In this document: in pieces, positions 54,309 through 62,539 of the stretch | Position numbering within the stretch: position 1 is the first letter of the stretch | Layout: each line of letters opens with the position of its first letter | Source: Alphaproteobacteria bacterium | GTDB lineage: Bacteria > Pseudomonadota > Alphaproteobacteria > Bin95 | Reading direction: 5' to 3' | Length of the DNA stretch: 64,000 bases | Assembly (NCBI GenBank): GCA_964291285.2 | Contig: OZ219787.1 | Location: 160,001-224,000, forward strand | Program-made: the position numbers and the translations under genes | The notes under the pieces: model-generated | Databases searched by the model: none | What the model was told of the DNA's origin: nothing | Seen by the model: only the letters and a program-made list of their open reading frames with translations

Positions 54309-55034
54309 TCACGGCATGGTGCTCCGCGCGGCCGCCACGAAGGCCTCGACGATGCGCGCATCGCTCGGGTCGATATGGAACTCCGGGTGCCACTGCACGC
54401 CGAGGCAGAAGCGGTAGCCCGGCGCCTCGATGCCCTCGATCACGCCGTCCGGCGCGCGCGCATTGACGGTGACGCCCGGCGGCTCGTCAGCGGCGGCCTG
54501 GTGGTGGGCGCTGTTCACGTGGAGCGTGTCCCTGCCGACGATTTCCGCAAGGCGCGTGCCGGGTTCCACCGCGACCGCATGGCCCGGCTCGGTGCGCGGG
54601 TTCGGCTGCTCGTGGGCGAGCGCGCCCGGCACCTCGTCCGGGATATGCTGGATCAGCCGCCCGCCCAGCGCCACATGCAGCAATTGCTGGCCGCCGCAAA
54701 TGCCGAGCAGCGGCATGTCGCGGGCGAGCGCGCCCTCCACCATGGCGAGCTCGAAATCGGTGCGGCCAGGCTTGAGCGAGACGGTTTCATGGCGCTCGGC
54801 CGCGCCGAACAGCGCCGGATCGACGTCGAAGGCCCCGCCGGTCACCAACAGGCCGTCTATACGGTCGAGATAGGCGTCCGCATGGGCCGTCTCGTGGGGC
54901 AGCAGCAGGGGAATGGCCCCGGCCGCGCTCACCGCGCCCGCATAGTTGCAGCGCAGCGCATACCACGGCAGGCTGGAATAGCCGCCGGCGGGTTCCCGGT
55001 CGACGGTAAGGCCGATGACTGGAAGGCGCGCCAT
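54309..55034 (-). CDS. Gamma-glutamyl-gamma-aminobutyrate hydrolase family (C26)
   Basis: GICGGQQ, VNSAHHQ, VQWHPE. Confidence 0.9.
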   Translation of the reverse strand: MARLPVIGLTVDREPAGGYSSLPWYALRCNYAGAVSAAGAIPLLLPHETAHADAYLDRIDGLLVTGGAFDVDPALFGAAERHETVSLKPGRTDFELAMVEGALARDMPLLGICGGQQLLHVALGGRLIQHIPDEVPGALAHEQPNPRTEPGHAVAVEPGTRLAEIVGRDTLHVNSAHHQAAADEPPGVTVNARAPDGVIEGIEAPGYRFCLGVQWHPEFHIDPSDARIVEAFVAAARSTMP

Positions 55035-55062
55035 GGCGCCCATCTACACGCTTCGCCGGGCA

Positions 55063-55500
55063 ATGCAACGGGCGCTCGCGCTGGCGGAGGCGGCCGCGGC
55101 CCGCACGCCCGCCGATGCGCCGGTGGGCGCGGTGCTGCTGGGCGCGGACGGAACGGTGCTGGCGGAAGCCCATAACGAGGTCGAGGCGGGCGCGGACCCG
55201 ACGGCGCATGCCGAGATGCTGGCGCTCAGGCGGGGCGCGGCCAGGCTCGGCCGGCCGCGCCTGGACGGCTGCACCCTGGTCGTCACCCTGGAGCCTTGCG
55301 CGATGTGCGCGCAGGCCGCCGCGCACGCCCGGATCGCGCGGCTCGTCTTCGGCGCCTGGGACCCCAAGGGCGGCGGCGTGGACCACGGCGCGCGCATCTT
55401 CGACCGCGAGACCTGCACCCACCGCCCGGAAGTGGTGGGCGGCCTGATGGAAGAGGAGGCCGCCGCGCTGCTGACGGCGTTCTTCCGGGAGCGGCGGTAG
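55063..55500 (+). CDS. tadA: tRNA adenosine deaminase
   Basis: AHAE, EPCAMC, DPKGG. Confidence 0.88.
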   Translation: MQRALALAEAAAARTPADAPVGAVLLGADGTVLAEAHNEVEAGADPTAHAEMLALRRGAARLGRPRLDGCTLVVTLEPCAMCAQAAAHARIARLVFGAWDPKGGGVDHGARIFDRETCTHRPEVVGGLMEEEAAALLTAFFRERR

Positions 55501-55577
55501 AGGCGCCCCGCGCCACCGGCCGCTTGACGGCATCAGGCAGGCGTTCCATAAGGGCGGCGATGCCGGCACCGCGCCGG

Positions 55578-55632
55578 CTCCGCGGGATTTGATCGGGCAG
55601 CTTGCAGCCGCGTCACCAAGTGCTAAAGCGCC
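55578..55632 (+). ncRNA. SAM-II (SAM_alpha) riboswitch
   Basis: CGCGG-GATTT...TTGCA-GCCGCG...GCTAAA architecture directly upstream of metZ. Confidence 0.8.
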
Positions 55633-55682
55633 ACGGGAGGCATTTCCGTGGGCCCGCCAACCGGCAACCCAGGGAGACGCCG

Positions 55683-56903
55683 ATGCCCCGATTGCCAGAC
55701 CCGCTCCATGCGGACACGACCGCCGTTCACGGCGGCATCCAGCGCAGCCAGTTCGAGGAGACCGCCGAGGCCCTCTACCTCACCTCCGGCTATGTCTACG
55801 GCACGGCCGAGGAGGCCGCCGAAGCCTTCGACGGCGCGCGCGACCGCTACATCTACAGCCGTTACGGCAACCCCACCGTGCAGATGTTCATCGACCGGCT
55901 CTCAGCCATCGAGGGCGCGGAAGCGGGCGAAGCGACGGCGAGCGGCATGTCGGCCGTGTTCACCGCGCTGCTTGGCCTCCTGCGCAGCGGCGACCGGCTG
56001 GTCGGCTCGCGGGCGCTCTTCGGCTCCTGCGCGCATATCTGCACCCATATCCTGCCGCGCTACGGCATCGAGACGGAGCTCATCGACGGCAACGACCTCT
56101 CCGCCTGGGAGCGCGCGCTGTCAAAGCCGGCGAAGGCGGTGTTCCTGGAGACGCCGACCAACCCGCAGCTCGACATCATCGACCTGAAGGCGGTCTCGGG
56201 GCTGGCGCATGCCGCGGGCGCGCAAGTGGTGATCGACAATGTGTTCGCCACACCGCTCCTGCAGACGCCGCTGGAGCTCGGCGCGGATGTGGTCGTCTAT
56301 TCCGCCACCAAGCATATCGACGGGCAGGGCCGCTGCCTCGGCGGCGCGATCCTCGGCACGCGGAAGTTCTGCGACGAGGACCTCCAGCCCTTCATCCGCC
56401 ATACCGGCCCCAGCATGAGCCCCTTCAACGCCTGGGTGCTGCTGAAGGGGCTGGAGACGCTGGCGGTCCGGGTCGAGCGCCAGTGCCGCACGGCGATGGA
56501 GGTCGCGCGCTGGCTGGAGGGGCGGGCCGGCGTGAAGCGGGTCATCTACCCCTTCCTCGATTCCCACCCGCAGGCGGCGCTCGCGCGCCGGCAGATGAGG
56601 GAGGGCGGGACCGTCGTCACCTTCGAGATCGAGGGCGCGCGGACGCAAGCCTTCGGCCTGCTGAACGCGCTCCGGCTGATCCCGATCTCCAACAATCTGG
56701 GCGACGCCAAGAGCCTCGTCACCCACCCGGCCTCGACGACCCACCACCGGATCGGGGCGGAGGGCCGCGCCGCCGTCGGCATCGGCGAGAACATGATCCG
56801 CCTCTCCCTCGGCCTCGAACATGCCGACGACCTGGTCCGCGACCTCGACCGCGCCATCGCCGCCGCCGGCCTCGGGAAAGGCTGCCGGGGCCGGGAAGTG
56901 TAG
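55683..56903 (+). CDS. metZ: O-succinylhomoserine sulfhydrylase
   Basis: YSRYGNPTV, ASGM, YSATKHIDGQGR, SNNLGDAKS. Confidence 0.93.
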   Translation: MPRLPDPLHADTTAVHGGIQRSQFEETAEALYLTSGYVYGTAEEAAEAFDGARDRYIYSRYGNPTVQMFIDRLSAIEGAEAGEATASGMSAVFTALLGLLRSGDRLVGSRALFGSCAHICTHILPRYGIETELIDGNDLSAWERALSKPAKAVFLETPTNPQLDIIDLKAVSGLAHAAGAQVVIDNVFATPLLQTPLELGADVVVYSATKHIDGQGRCLGGAILGTRKFCDEDLQPFIRHTGPSMSPFNAWVLLKGLETLAVRVERQCRTAMEVARWLEGRAGVKRVIYPFLDSHPQAALARRQMREGGTVVTFEIEGARTQAFGLLNALRLIPISNNLGDAKSLVTHPASTTHHRIGAEGRAAVGIGENMIRLSLGLEHADDLVRDLDRAIAAAGLGKGCRGREV

Positions 56904-57018
56904 CGCCGGCGGCCCGGCGCGCCCGTCTCCGCGCCCCGATCTCCGCCCCGGATGCCCTTCCGGTTTCACGAATCATGAAAAAAATCTAGAGATTTTGCTC
57001 TTTGTTCGTGATTTGAGC

Positions 57019-57240
57019 TTGACATCTGGCGGATTGTGGTATGATGGTCCCCAGGGAAGAGGCATCCGGAGCCGCTTGCCGGGCGTTGCGCGGCCGAGCG
57101 GCGCCAGTTTCTGAAAACATGTGAGAAGCCGACGGGAGGAGTGCGCCCTCTGCCTCGCGCGCGCAATCAGGCGCGCGAACCGCGCCGGCGCCGACACGCG
57201 CCCGGGCAGGCGCGGGCGCCCGCGCAGGATACGCGCGGAA
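57019..57240 (+). repeat. Dispersed promoter-led GC-rich repeat, copy C
   Basis: TTGACA 57019, TGnTATGAT 57037-57045; GGAAGAGGCATCCGGAGCCGC 57055-57075; core 57163-57237. Confidence 0.75.
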
Positions 57241-57276
57241 ACAGGGACCCGCTCCCGGTCGGAGCAAGGAGGAACG

Positions 57277-57462
57277 ATGACGGCAACCGACCCCCAACTG
57301 GCGGCGATGCCGGCCGAAAGGCTCGCACCTGCCGCCGCGGCCCTCGCCGAAGCCTGTGCGGAGGACATGAGCGCCAACCCGCAGGGGGAAGGGAAGAGGC
57401 ATGAACGGGGCGTTATGCCCGGACAGGCTGCAGGGTATGCCTCTTGCGCATGCAGAACATGA
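57277..57462 (+). CDS. Small hypothetical ORF (61 aa)
   Basis: Strong RBS AAGGAGG + ATG; no recognisable motif. Confidence 0.3.
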   Translation: MTATDPQLAAMPAERLAPAAAALAEACAEDMSANPQGEGKRHERGVMPGQAAGYASCACRT

Positions 57463-57569
57463 CATCTCATGACACTTGGCGGGAGGGACCATGACATCTC
57501 ATGACATTCCATGACACATCGCCAGGGAGGCCGGGCGTGCCTCATGACACAACATGACATCTCATGACA
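57458..57569 (+). repeat. Array of eight CATGACA heptamers, 10-bp period
   Basis: Starts at 57458, 57468, 57490, 57500, 57510, 57543, 57553, 57563. Confidence 0.9.
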
Positions 57570-57624
57570 TCCGCCGGGGGGGTCCGCGCCGCCGGACCGC
57601 AACGCCGGCTTCGATGCGGGAGCC

Positions 57625-58647
57625 CTACTGCCGCGCCTTCACGGCCTCGCCCGCGTCCCAGGCATCGACATGGCTGAGCATGAGCGGGGAGAGGGCGAAG
57701 GAGATCCGGCCGGGCGCCGGGACGCGCGCATGAAGACCGTCCGCCGCGAGCGCCTCGGCCAGTTCCCCGGCATGCGCGCGCTCCAGCACGACATGCGCGC
57801 CGCGGGAGGCGGGCGCCAGCGGGTCCGGCTCGCCGAGCGCGCCGAGAAACACCGCCGCGAGCGTGCGCGCCTTCCAGCCGAGCGCCTCGATATCGGCGCC
57901 CACGAACCTGTCGAGCGCGCCGTCAAGCGCCGCCAGCGCCAGCGCGGACGGCGCGGGCAACGTGTCCAGGGCGCCGGCGAACGCGCCCGCCGCATGGACC
58001 CAGGCGGGCGCGCCGGGACCGCCGCAAAGGAAGCCGCAGCCCCGCCCGACCGCCGCCTCCACGCCCGAGCGCTGCAGCGCGGCCGGCAGGACGCCCGCGG
58101 TCTCCGAGAGGTCGAAGGCGGCCAGCGCGCCCGCCTCGCGGGCCCGCCCGGCCAGCGCGGCGATGTTGCGGAGCCCGCCCGTCGCGGGGTCGAGGCTGCG
58201 CGTCAGCAGCAGCGTGCCGCCGTCGAGCGCGGCTTCGGGCGTCCCGGTCTCCGTGACGGCGCGGCCTTTAGCGGCGAGCCGGGCCATCAGGGCGGGAAAC
58301 GCGCCGGGCGCGGCGAGAACGCGGTTGCGGCCGGCGGCGGCGGCGGCATCGGCCAGCGCCTCGAGCGCGTCGGTTGCGCCGGCGGCGAAGCCGAGCTGCT
58401 CCGCCGGCGCGCCCAGGAGCGGCGCCAGCTTCTCCGCCGCCGCTCCGGCGAGCCCGCCGCCATGCGAGAGGCCCGCGCCCCATTCGACATGCATGAAGCC
58501 CGTGAGCCGCGTCCTCACCTCGCGCGTCAGCGGCCCCAGCCGGTCGCTGTCGAGGCGCAGCGTCCCGGCCGGCAGCAGGAAGCCGTCGCGCAGATAGGCG
58601 AGCGGGTCGCCGGCGTCCAGCGCCATGCAGTCCGCCCGCCCCGTCAT
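57625..58647 (-). CDS. Divergent kynureninase-like protein
   Basis: LDAGDPLAYLRDGF; GGPGAPA; PLP Lys apparently absent. Confidence 0.7.
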   Translation of the reverse strand: MTGRADCMALDAGDPLAYLRDGFLLPAGTLRLDSDRLGPLTREVRTRLTGFMHVEWGAGLSHGGGLAGAAAEKLAPLLGAPAEQLGFAAGATDALEALADAAAAAGRNRVLAAPGAFPALMARLAAKGRAVTETGTPEAALDGGTLLLTRSLDPATGGLRNIAALAGRAREAGALAAFDLSETAGVLPAALQRSGVEAAVGRGCGFLCGGPGAPAWVHAAGAFAGALDTLPAPSALALAALDGALDRFVGADIEALGWKARTLAAVFLGALGEPDPLAPASRGAHVVLERAHAGELAEALAADGLHARVPAPGRISFALSPLMLSHVDAWDAGEAVKARQ

Positions 58648-59453
58648 CGGTCCGCGAACAGGAGTTCGGCCGCGCGCCGGGCCATGCCCGCATTGTCGTG
58701 GCCGACGCCGGGGGCGGTGTGCAGTTCCCAGGCGAAGGGCGCGGGCAGGAGGCGTGCCATGTCCTGCCCCGCAGCGTAGAAATAGTGGCCGCGCGCCAGG
58801 CGGTGCGGCCCCTGCGCCATCGCTTCCGGCGATTTCAGCAGCATGGGCGCGTCGGTGACGGTGTCCTCTTCGCCGAGCAGCACCATGAGCCGCACCGACA
58901 GGGCGGCCGCCAGCGCCTCGTCGCCCATGCGGAAGCCGGTGAGGCCGTAGGGATAGCGCTCCTCCTCGCGCGGCACGGTGTAGGCGCCGGCATTGGCGGC
59001 GACGGCCGCCTCGATGCGCGCCGCCGGGGCGAACAGCGCCATGCGGTGGACGAACTGCCCGCCGGCGGAATGGCCGTAAAGGTAGTAGCGCCGGGCCTCC
59101 GCGCCGCTCCAGGCGCAGGCGGCGTCGAAGGCGCTTTCGACCACGCCGAAGCTCCAGTCCTCCTCCGGCAGGAAGGCGCGCCGGTCGGGCGTGCGCATGT
59201 TGCCGACCTCATATTCGCGCGGGCCCGGAAACTGCTCGCGGTCGAATTCGGGCGCGGCGACCAGCACGCGGTGGCGCTCGGCGTGCTCCGCCCAGACATC
59301 GCGGTAGTCGGCGGCATTGCGCCGGTAGCCGTGCAGCACGACGAGCACCGGGTCGGCCGGCCGCCAGGCCGCCGGCCGCCAGAGATGGGTGCGGACGGCG
59401 ACGTCTCCCTCGGTCGGACGGCGGTGCGGAACGGTGATCTCCGCCGCGCTCAC
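58644..59453 (-). CDS. Alpha/beta hydrolase
   Basis: HGYRRNA, GHSAGGQFVHR, GVGH. Confidence 0.85.
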   Translation of the reverse strand: MSAAEITVPHRRPTEGDVAVRTHLWRPAAWRPADPVLVVLHGYRRNAADYRDVWAEHAERHRVLVAAPEFDREQFPGPREYEVGNMRTPDRRAFLPEEDWSFGVVESAFDAACAWSGAEARRYYLYGHSAGGQFVHRMALFAPAARIEAAVAANAGAYTVPREEERYPYGLTGFRMGDEALAAALSVRLMVLLGEEDTVTDAPMLLKSPEAMAQGPHRLARGHYFYAAGQDMARLLPAPFAWELHTAPGVGHDNAGMARRAAELLFADR

Positions 59454-60283
59454 CGCCTCGCCTCGGTCACGTCCGTGCCGGAATACACCGCGCCCAGCAT
59501 GCGCTGCATCGCCGCCGTGTGGGCCGCGCAGGCCCCGGCGTCGAGGTCCGCCGCGGGCCGGGGCTCGAGCTCGAAATGCCCGTAGCGGTCCTCGCCGCGC
59601 ACCAGGGTCGCGGAATCGTCGAGCTTCACCTGGCGCACATAGGTCGGGATGTAGCGGACCGCGAGGCCGATGCGCCGGTCGGGCAGCCGGTTCGGCTTCG
59701 AGCCGTGGACGAGGCGGATATGGTGGAGCGAGAACTCGCCCGCCCGGAGCGGCGCATCCACGGCCAGCGCCTCGTCCACCTCCATCTCGATCTCCTGCCC
59801 GCGCGTCAGCAGGTTGTCTTCGGCGAAGCTGTCGGTATGCGCCATCTGGTCGAGCTTGTGCGAGCCCGGCAGGAAGCGCATCGGGCCGCTCTCCAGCGGG
59901 GCTTCGGAGAGCGCCACCCAGGCGGTGACGACATCGTGGGGGTCGAGCCCCCAATAGGTCGAGTCCTGGTGCCAGGAGACGAAGGCCGGGTCGCTCGCCT
60001 CCTTGATGAAGAAATTGGTCGTCCAGCAGAGCAGGTCCGGCCCCAGCAAGTCTTCCACCGCATCCAGGATGCGCGGATGGTGGACGATCTCGTCCGCCCA
60101 GCGGAACAGCAGGTGGACCTTGTGGCGCATGTTGGAGTGGATGACGTCGCCGGTATCGGCTTCATACGCCTCCAGCCCGTCGCGGTAGCGGCGGGCTTGC
60201 GCCGCGGAAAAGGCCTGCACCGGAAAGACATAGCCGTCGCGTGCATAAGCCTCGATCTGGGTCTCGGTCAGCATCTTGCCCAT
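59450..60283 (-). CDS. Phytanoyl-CoA dioxygenase (PhyH) family protein
   Basis: WHQDSTYW, PGSH, HGS. Confidence 0.9.
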   Translation of the reverse strand: MGKMLTETQIEAYARDGYVFPVQAFSAAQARRYRDGLEAYEADTGDVIHSNMRHKVHLLFRWADEIVHHPRILDAVEDLLGPDLLCWTTNFFIKEASDPAFVSWHQDSTYWGLDPHDVVTAWVALSEAPLESGPMRFLPGSHKLDQMAHTDSFAEDNLLTRGQEIEMEVDEALAVDAPLRAGEFSLHHIRLVHGSKPNRLPDRRIGLAVRYIPTYVRQVKLDDSATLVRGEDRYGHFELEPRPAADLDAGACAAHTAAMQRMLGAVYSGTDVTEARR

Positions 60284-60307
60284 CGGTCTTTCCCTGCTGC
60301 TGGCGGC

Positions 60308-60808
60308 TCAGTTGCCGGTCAGGCGCCGCGTGACCGGGCGCCAGACGCGCCCGCCGGGCGGCCGGTCGGGCGCGCCGGCAACGGCCCAGCCACGCCAGGC
60401 GGCGGTGCGGTCGAGGCCGGCGCATTGGAGCCAGTCGAGATCGAATCCGGGGCAGTCCGCCGGCCCGTCTGCGGAATCGACCGTCACCAGAAAGGCGTCC
60501 TCCGGCACTTCCGGCAGCGTGTCGCGGCCGCCGAACAGGTTGCGCGACCAGTCGATGATGTCCGCCTGCCACTCGCCGAAGCCGCCGCCGCCGGCGCCGC
60601 GATAGCTCGCCCGATCGAAGAACTCCGTCCCCGGCACGGTATGCACCGCCAGCCAGGGCGCCGGCCCGTCGTCCAGCGCCCGGAAACGCTGCGAGGCCTC
60701 GAAACCCGGCAGGGCCAGCAGCGAGGCAAGCTTCGGCCCGCTGTACCAGTCGGACCACGCCGCCTCCCGCGACTGGTCCCTGAAGCCGCACTCCACCATG
60801 TAAAGCAT
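60308..60808 (-). CDS. Hypothetical protein (EthD-like dimeric alpha-beta barrel)
   Basis: YMVECGF...WSDWY...LPGFEASQRF. Confidence 0.65.
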   Translation of the reverse strand: MLYMVECGFRDQSREAAWSDWYSGPKLASLLALPGFEASQRFRALDDGPAPWLAVHTVPGTEFFDRASYRGAGGGGFGEWQADIIDWSRNLFGGRDTLPEVPEDAFLVTVDSADGPADCPGFDLDWLQCAGLDRTAAWRGWAVAGAPDRPPGGRVWRPVTRRLTGN

Positions 60809-60852
60809 GGGTGCGAGTATAGAAGCGCTCGGCGGACAGCGGAAGCGGGGCC

Positions 60853-61425
60853 ATGGCCGGGATCGGGATGAGCTGGACCGACTACTACGCGAAGACGCGG
60901 GGCCGGCCGCCGCGCCCGACGCTTCTGGAGGCGCTGGCGCGCTTCGGCGGCCGCAGCGGGTTTGCGGTCGATCTCGGCATAGGCGGCGGGCGCGATGCGA
61001 TGGAAATGCTGGACCGCGGCTGGCGGGTGGTCGGGCTCGACAGCGAGCCCGCCGTGCTGGCGCTGCCGCGCCATCCCCGGCTGACGGTCAGGCGGGAGCC
61101 TTTCGAGACCGCAGCACTGCCGCGGGCGGACCTCGTGAATGCGAGCTTCAGCCTGCCGTTCTGCCGCCCGGACGCCTTCCCCGCCTTCTGGCAGCGCATC
61201 GCGGCGGCGCTGCGTCCCGGCGGGCGTTTCGCCGGGCAGTTCTTCGGCCCCCGCGACGGCTGGTTCGGCGACCCCGGCATCACCTTCCTTGCCGAGTCCG
61301 AAGTCCGGGCCCTGCTCGCCCCCTTCGACATCGAACATTTCGACGAGGAGGAGGACGACGCCGAAACCCCGCGCGGCGCCATGAAGCACTGGCACATCTT
61401 CCACGTCGTGGCGCGCAAGCGGTGA
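60853..61425 (+). CDS. Class I SAM-dependent methyltransferase
   Basis: VDLGIGGGRD, ALRPGGRF. Confidence 0.85.
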   Translation: MAGIGMSWTDYYAKTRGRPPRPTLLEALARFGGRSGFAVDLGIGGGRDAMEMLDRGWRVVGLDSEPAVLALPRHPRLTVRREPFETAALPRADLVNASFSLPFCRPDAFPAFWQRIAAALRPGGRFAGQFFGPRDGWFGDPGITFLAESEVRALLAPFDIEHFDEEEDDAETPRGAMKHWHIFHVVARKR

Positions 61426-61482
61426 AAAGGAGGGGCCGTCTGCGCTATAGTCGCGCGCATCGAGAGACTGGAGGACGGACCC

Positions 61483-61707
61483 ATGCTGGCAATTGAGTTG
61501 TCTCCGGATGCGGAAGCCCGCCTTGACGCCTTGGCGAAGGCCGTTGGCCGCACCAAAGCCGCTTGCGCCCGCGACGCCATCCTCGAATATCTCGACGATA
61601 TGGAAGACCTTCGCATCGCCGAGCAGCGTTTGGCCGACAACAGGGCCGGCCGGTCGCAATCCGTCCCGCTGGAGGACGTGATGAGGCGGTATGGGCTGGA
61701 AGATTGA
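61483..61707 (+). CDS. RHH antitoxin (RelB/CopG-like)
   Basis: EARLDALAKAVGRTK...AILEYLDDMEDL. Confidence 0.85.
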   Translation: MLAIELSPDAEARLDALAKAVGRTKAACARDAILEYLDDMEDLRIAEQRLADNRAGRSQSVPLEDVMRRYGLED

Positions 61708-61765
61708 GCTGGACAGCGAGGCGGAACGCGACCTCGACAAACTCGATCCGCAGACAGCCCGCCCG
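61691..61765 (+). pseudogene. RelE toxin N-terminal remnant
   Basis: MGWKIELDSEAERDLDKLDPQTAR, then runs into the convergent gene. Confidence 0.7.
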
Positions 61766-62500
61766 CTACACCGCCTCCACGATCAGCACGAGGCCCGAGA
61801 GGCAGAGGAGGGCGGTGACGATGCGGTGGAAGAGGACGGCGTCGATGCGCCGGTAGAGGCGCGCACCGGTCCAGGCGGCGGCGAGCGCGACCGGCAGGCA
61901 GATGGCGGCGGCTGTCAGCGCGGCGAGGTCCATCGCGCCGGACACGGCCATCGCCGCGGCGGCAAGCGCCAGCACGACCAGGTTGAAGGGCTGGTAGACG
62001 GCGCGTTGGGAGTCGGCGCTGCCGCCTCTCAGCCTGAGCCAGATAACCGGCAGCGGGCCCGAGAGCCCGGCAAAGCCGCCGAGCGCGCCGCCGCCGAGCC
62101 CGATTGCGGCGTCGGCCGCGCGCGAGGGCGGCGGCGCGGGCAGCCGCCTTGCCATCGAGAGCATCGTGTAGCCCACCAGCAGCAGCCCGACGGCGAGCCG
62201 CAGCATGTCCGGCGAGACCACGGCAAGCGCCGCAACGCCGAGCGGCACGCCGGCGATGCCGCCCAGAAGGTAGGGTCCGGCGCGGCGCCGGTCGAAGGCG
62301 TGGCGCACGAAGAGCGACGCCACCGCCTGCCCGCCGATGGACACCAGCGCGACCAGCGGCGGCACCGTTCCCGGCTCCAGCGCGTGGAACCAGACGCCGG
62401 CGGCCGCCAGCCCCGTGCCGAAGCCGGCGAGGCCCGTCACGAAGCCGCCGGCGAGCGCCCCCAGCAGCAGGAAGGGAAGCGCGGCGCCGTCAATCCCCAC
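61766..62500 (-). CDS. Sulfite exporter TauE/SafE family protein
   Basis: GFVTGLAGFG, GGFAGLSGP; multiple TM segments. Confidence 0.85.
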   Translation of the reverse strand: MGIDGAALPFLLLGALAGGFVTGLAGFGTGLAAAGVWFHALEPGTVPPLVALVSIGGQAVASLFVRHAFDRRRAGPYLLGGIAGVPLGVAALAVVSPDMLRLAVGLLLVGYTMLSMARRLPAPPPSRAADAAIGLGGGALGGFAGLSGPLPVIWLRLRGGSADSQRAVYQPFNLVVLALAAAAMAVSGAMDLAALTAAAICLPVALAAAWTGARLYRRIDAVLFHRIVTALLCLSGLVLIVEAV

Positions 62501-62539
62501 GGGGAAGACCCGGCGGATCGCAGGACAAGGCGGGCGGCT

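Noticed and set aside
56990-57018. Possible LexA box upstream of repeat copy C
   Set aside because: GTTC-N7-GAGC has two mismatches; too weak to call
57458-57569. CATGACA array as a CRISPR array
   Set aside because: Repeats are only 7 bp with mostly 3-bp spacers; no cas genes in the window
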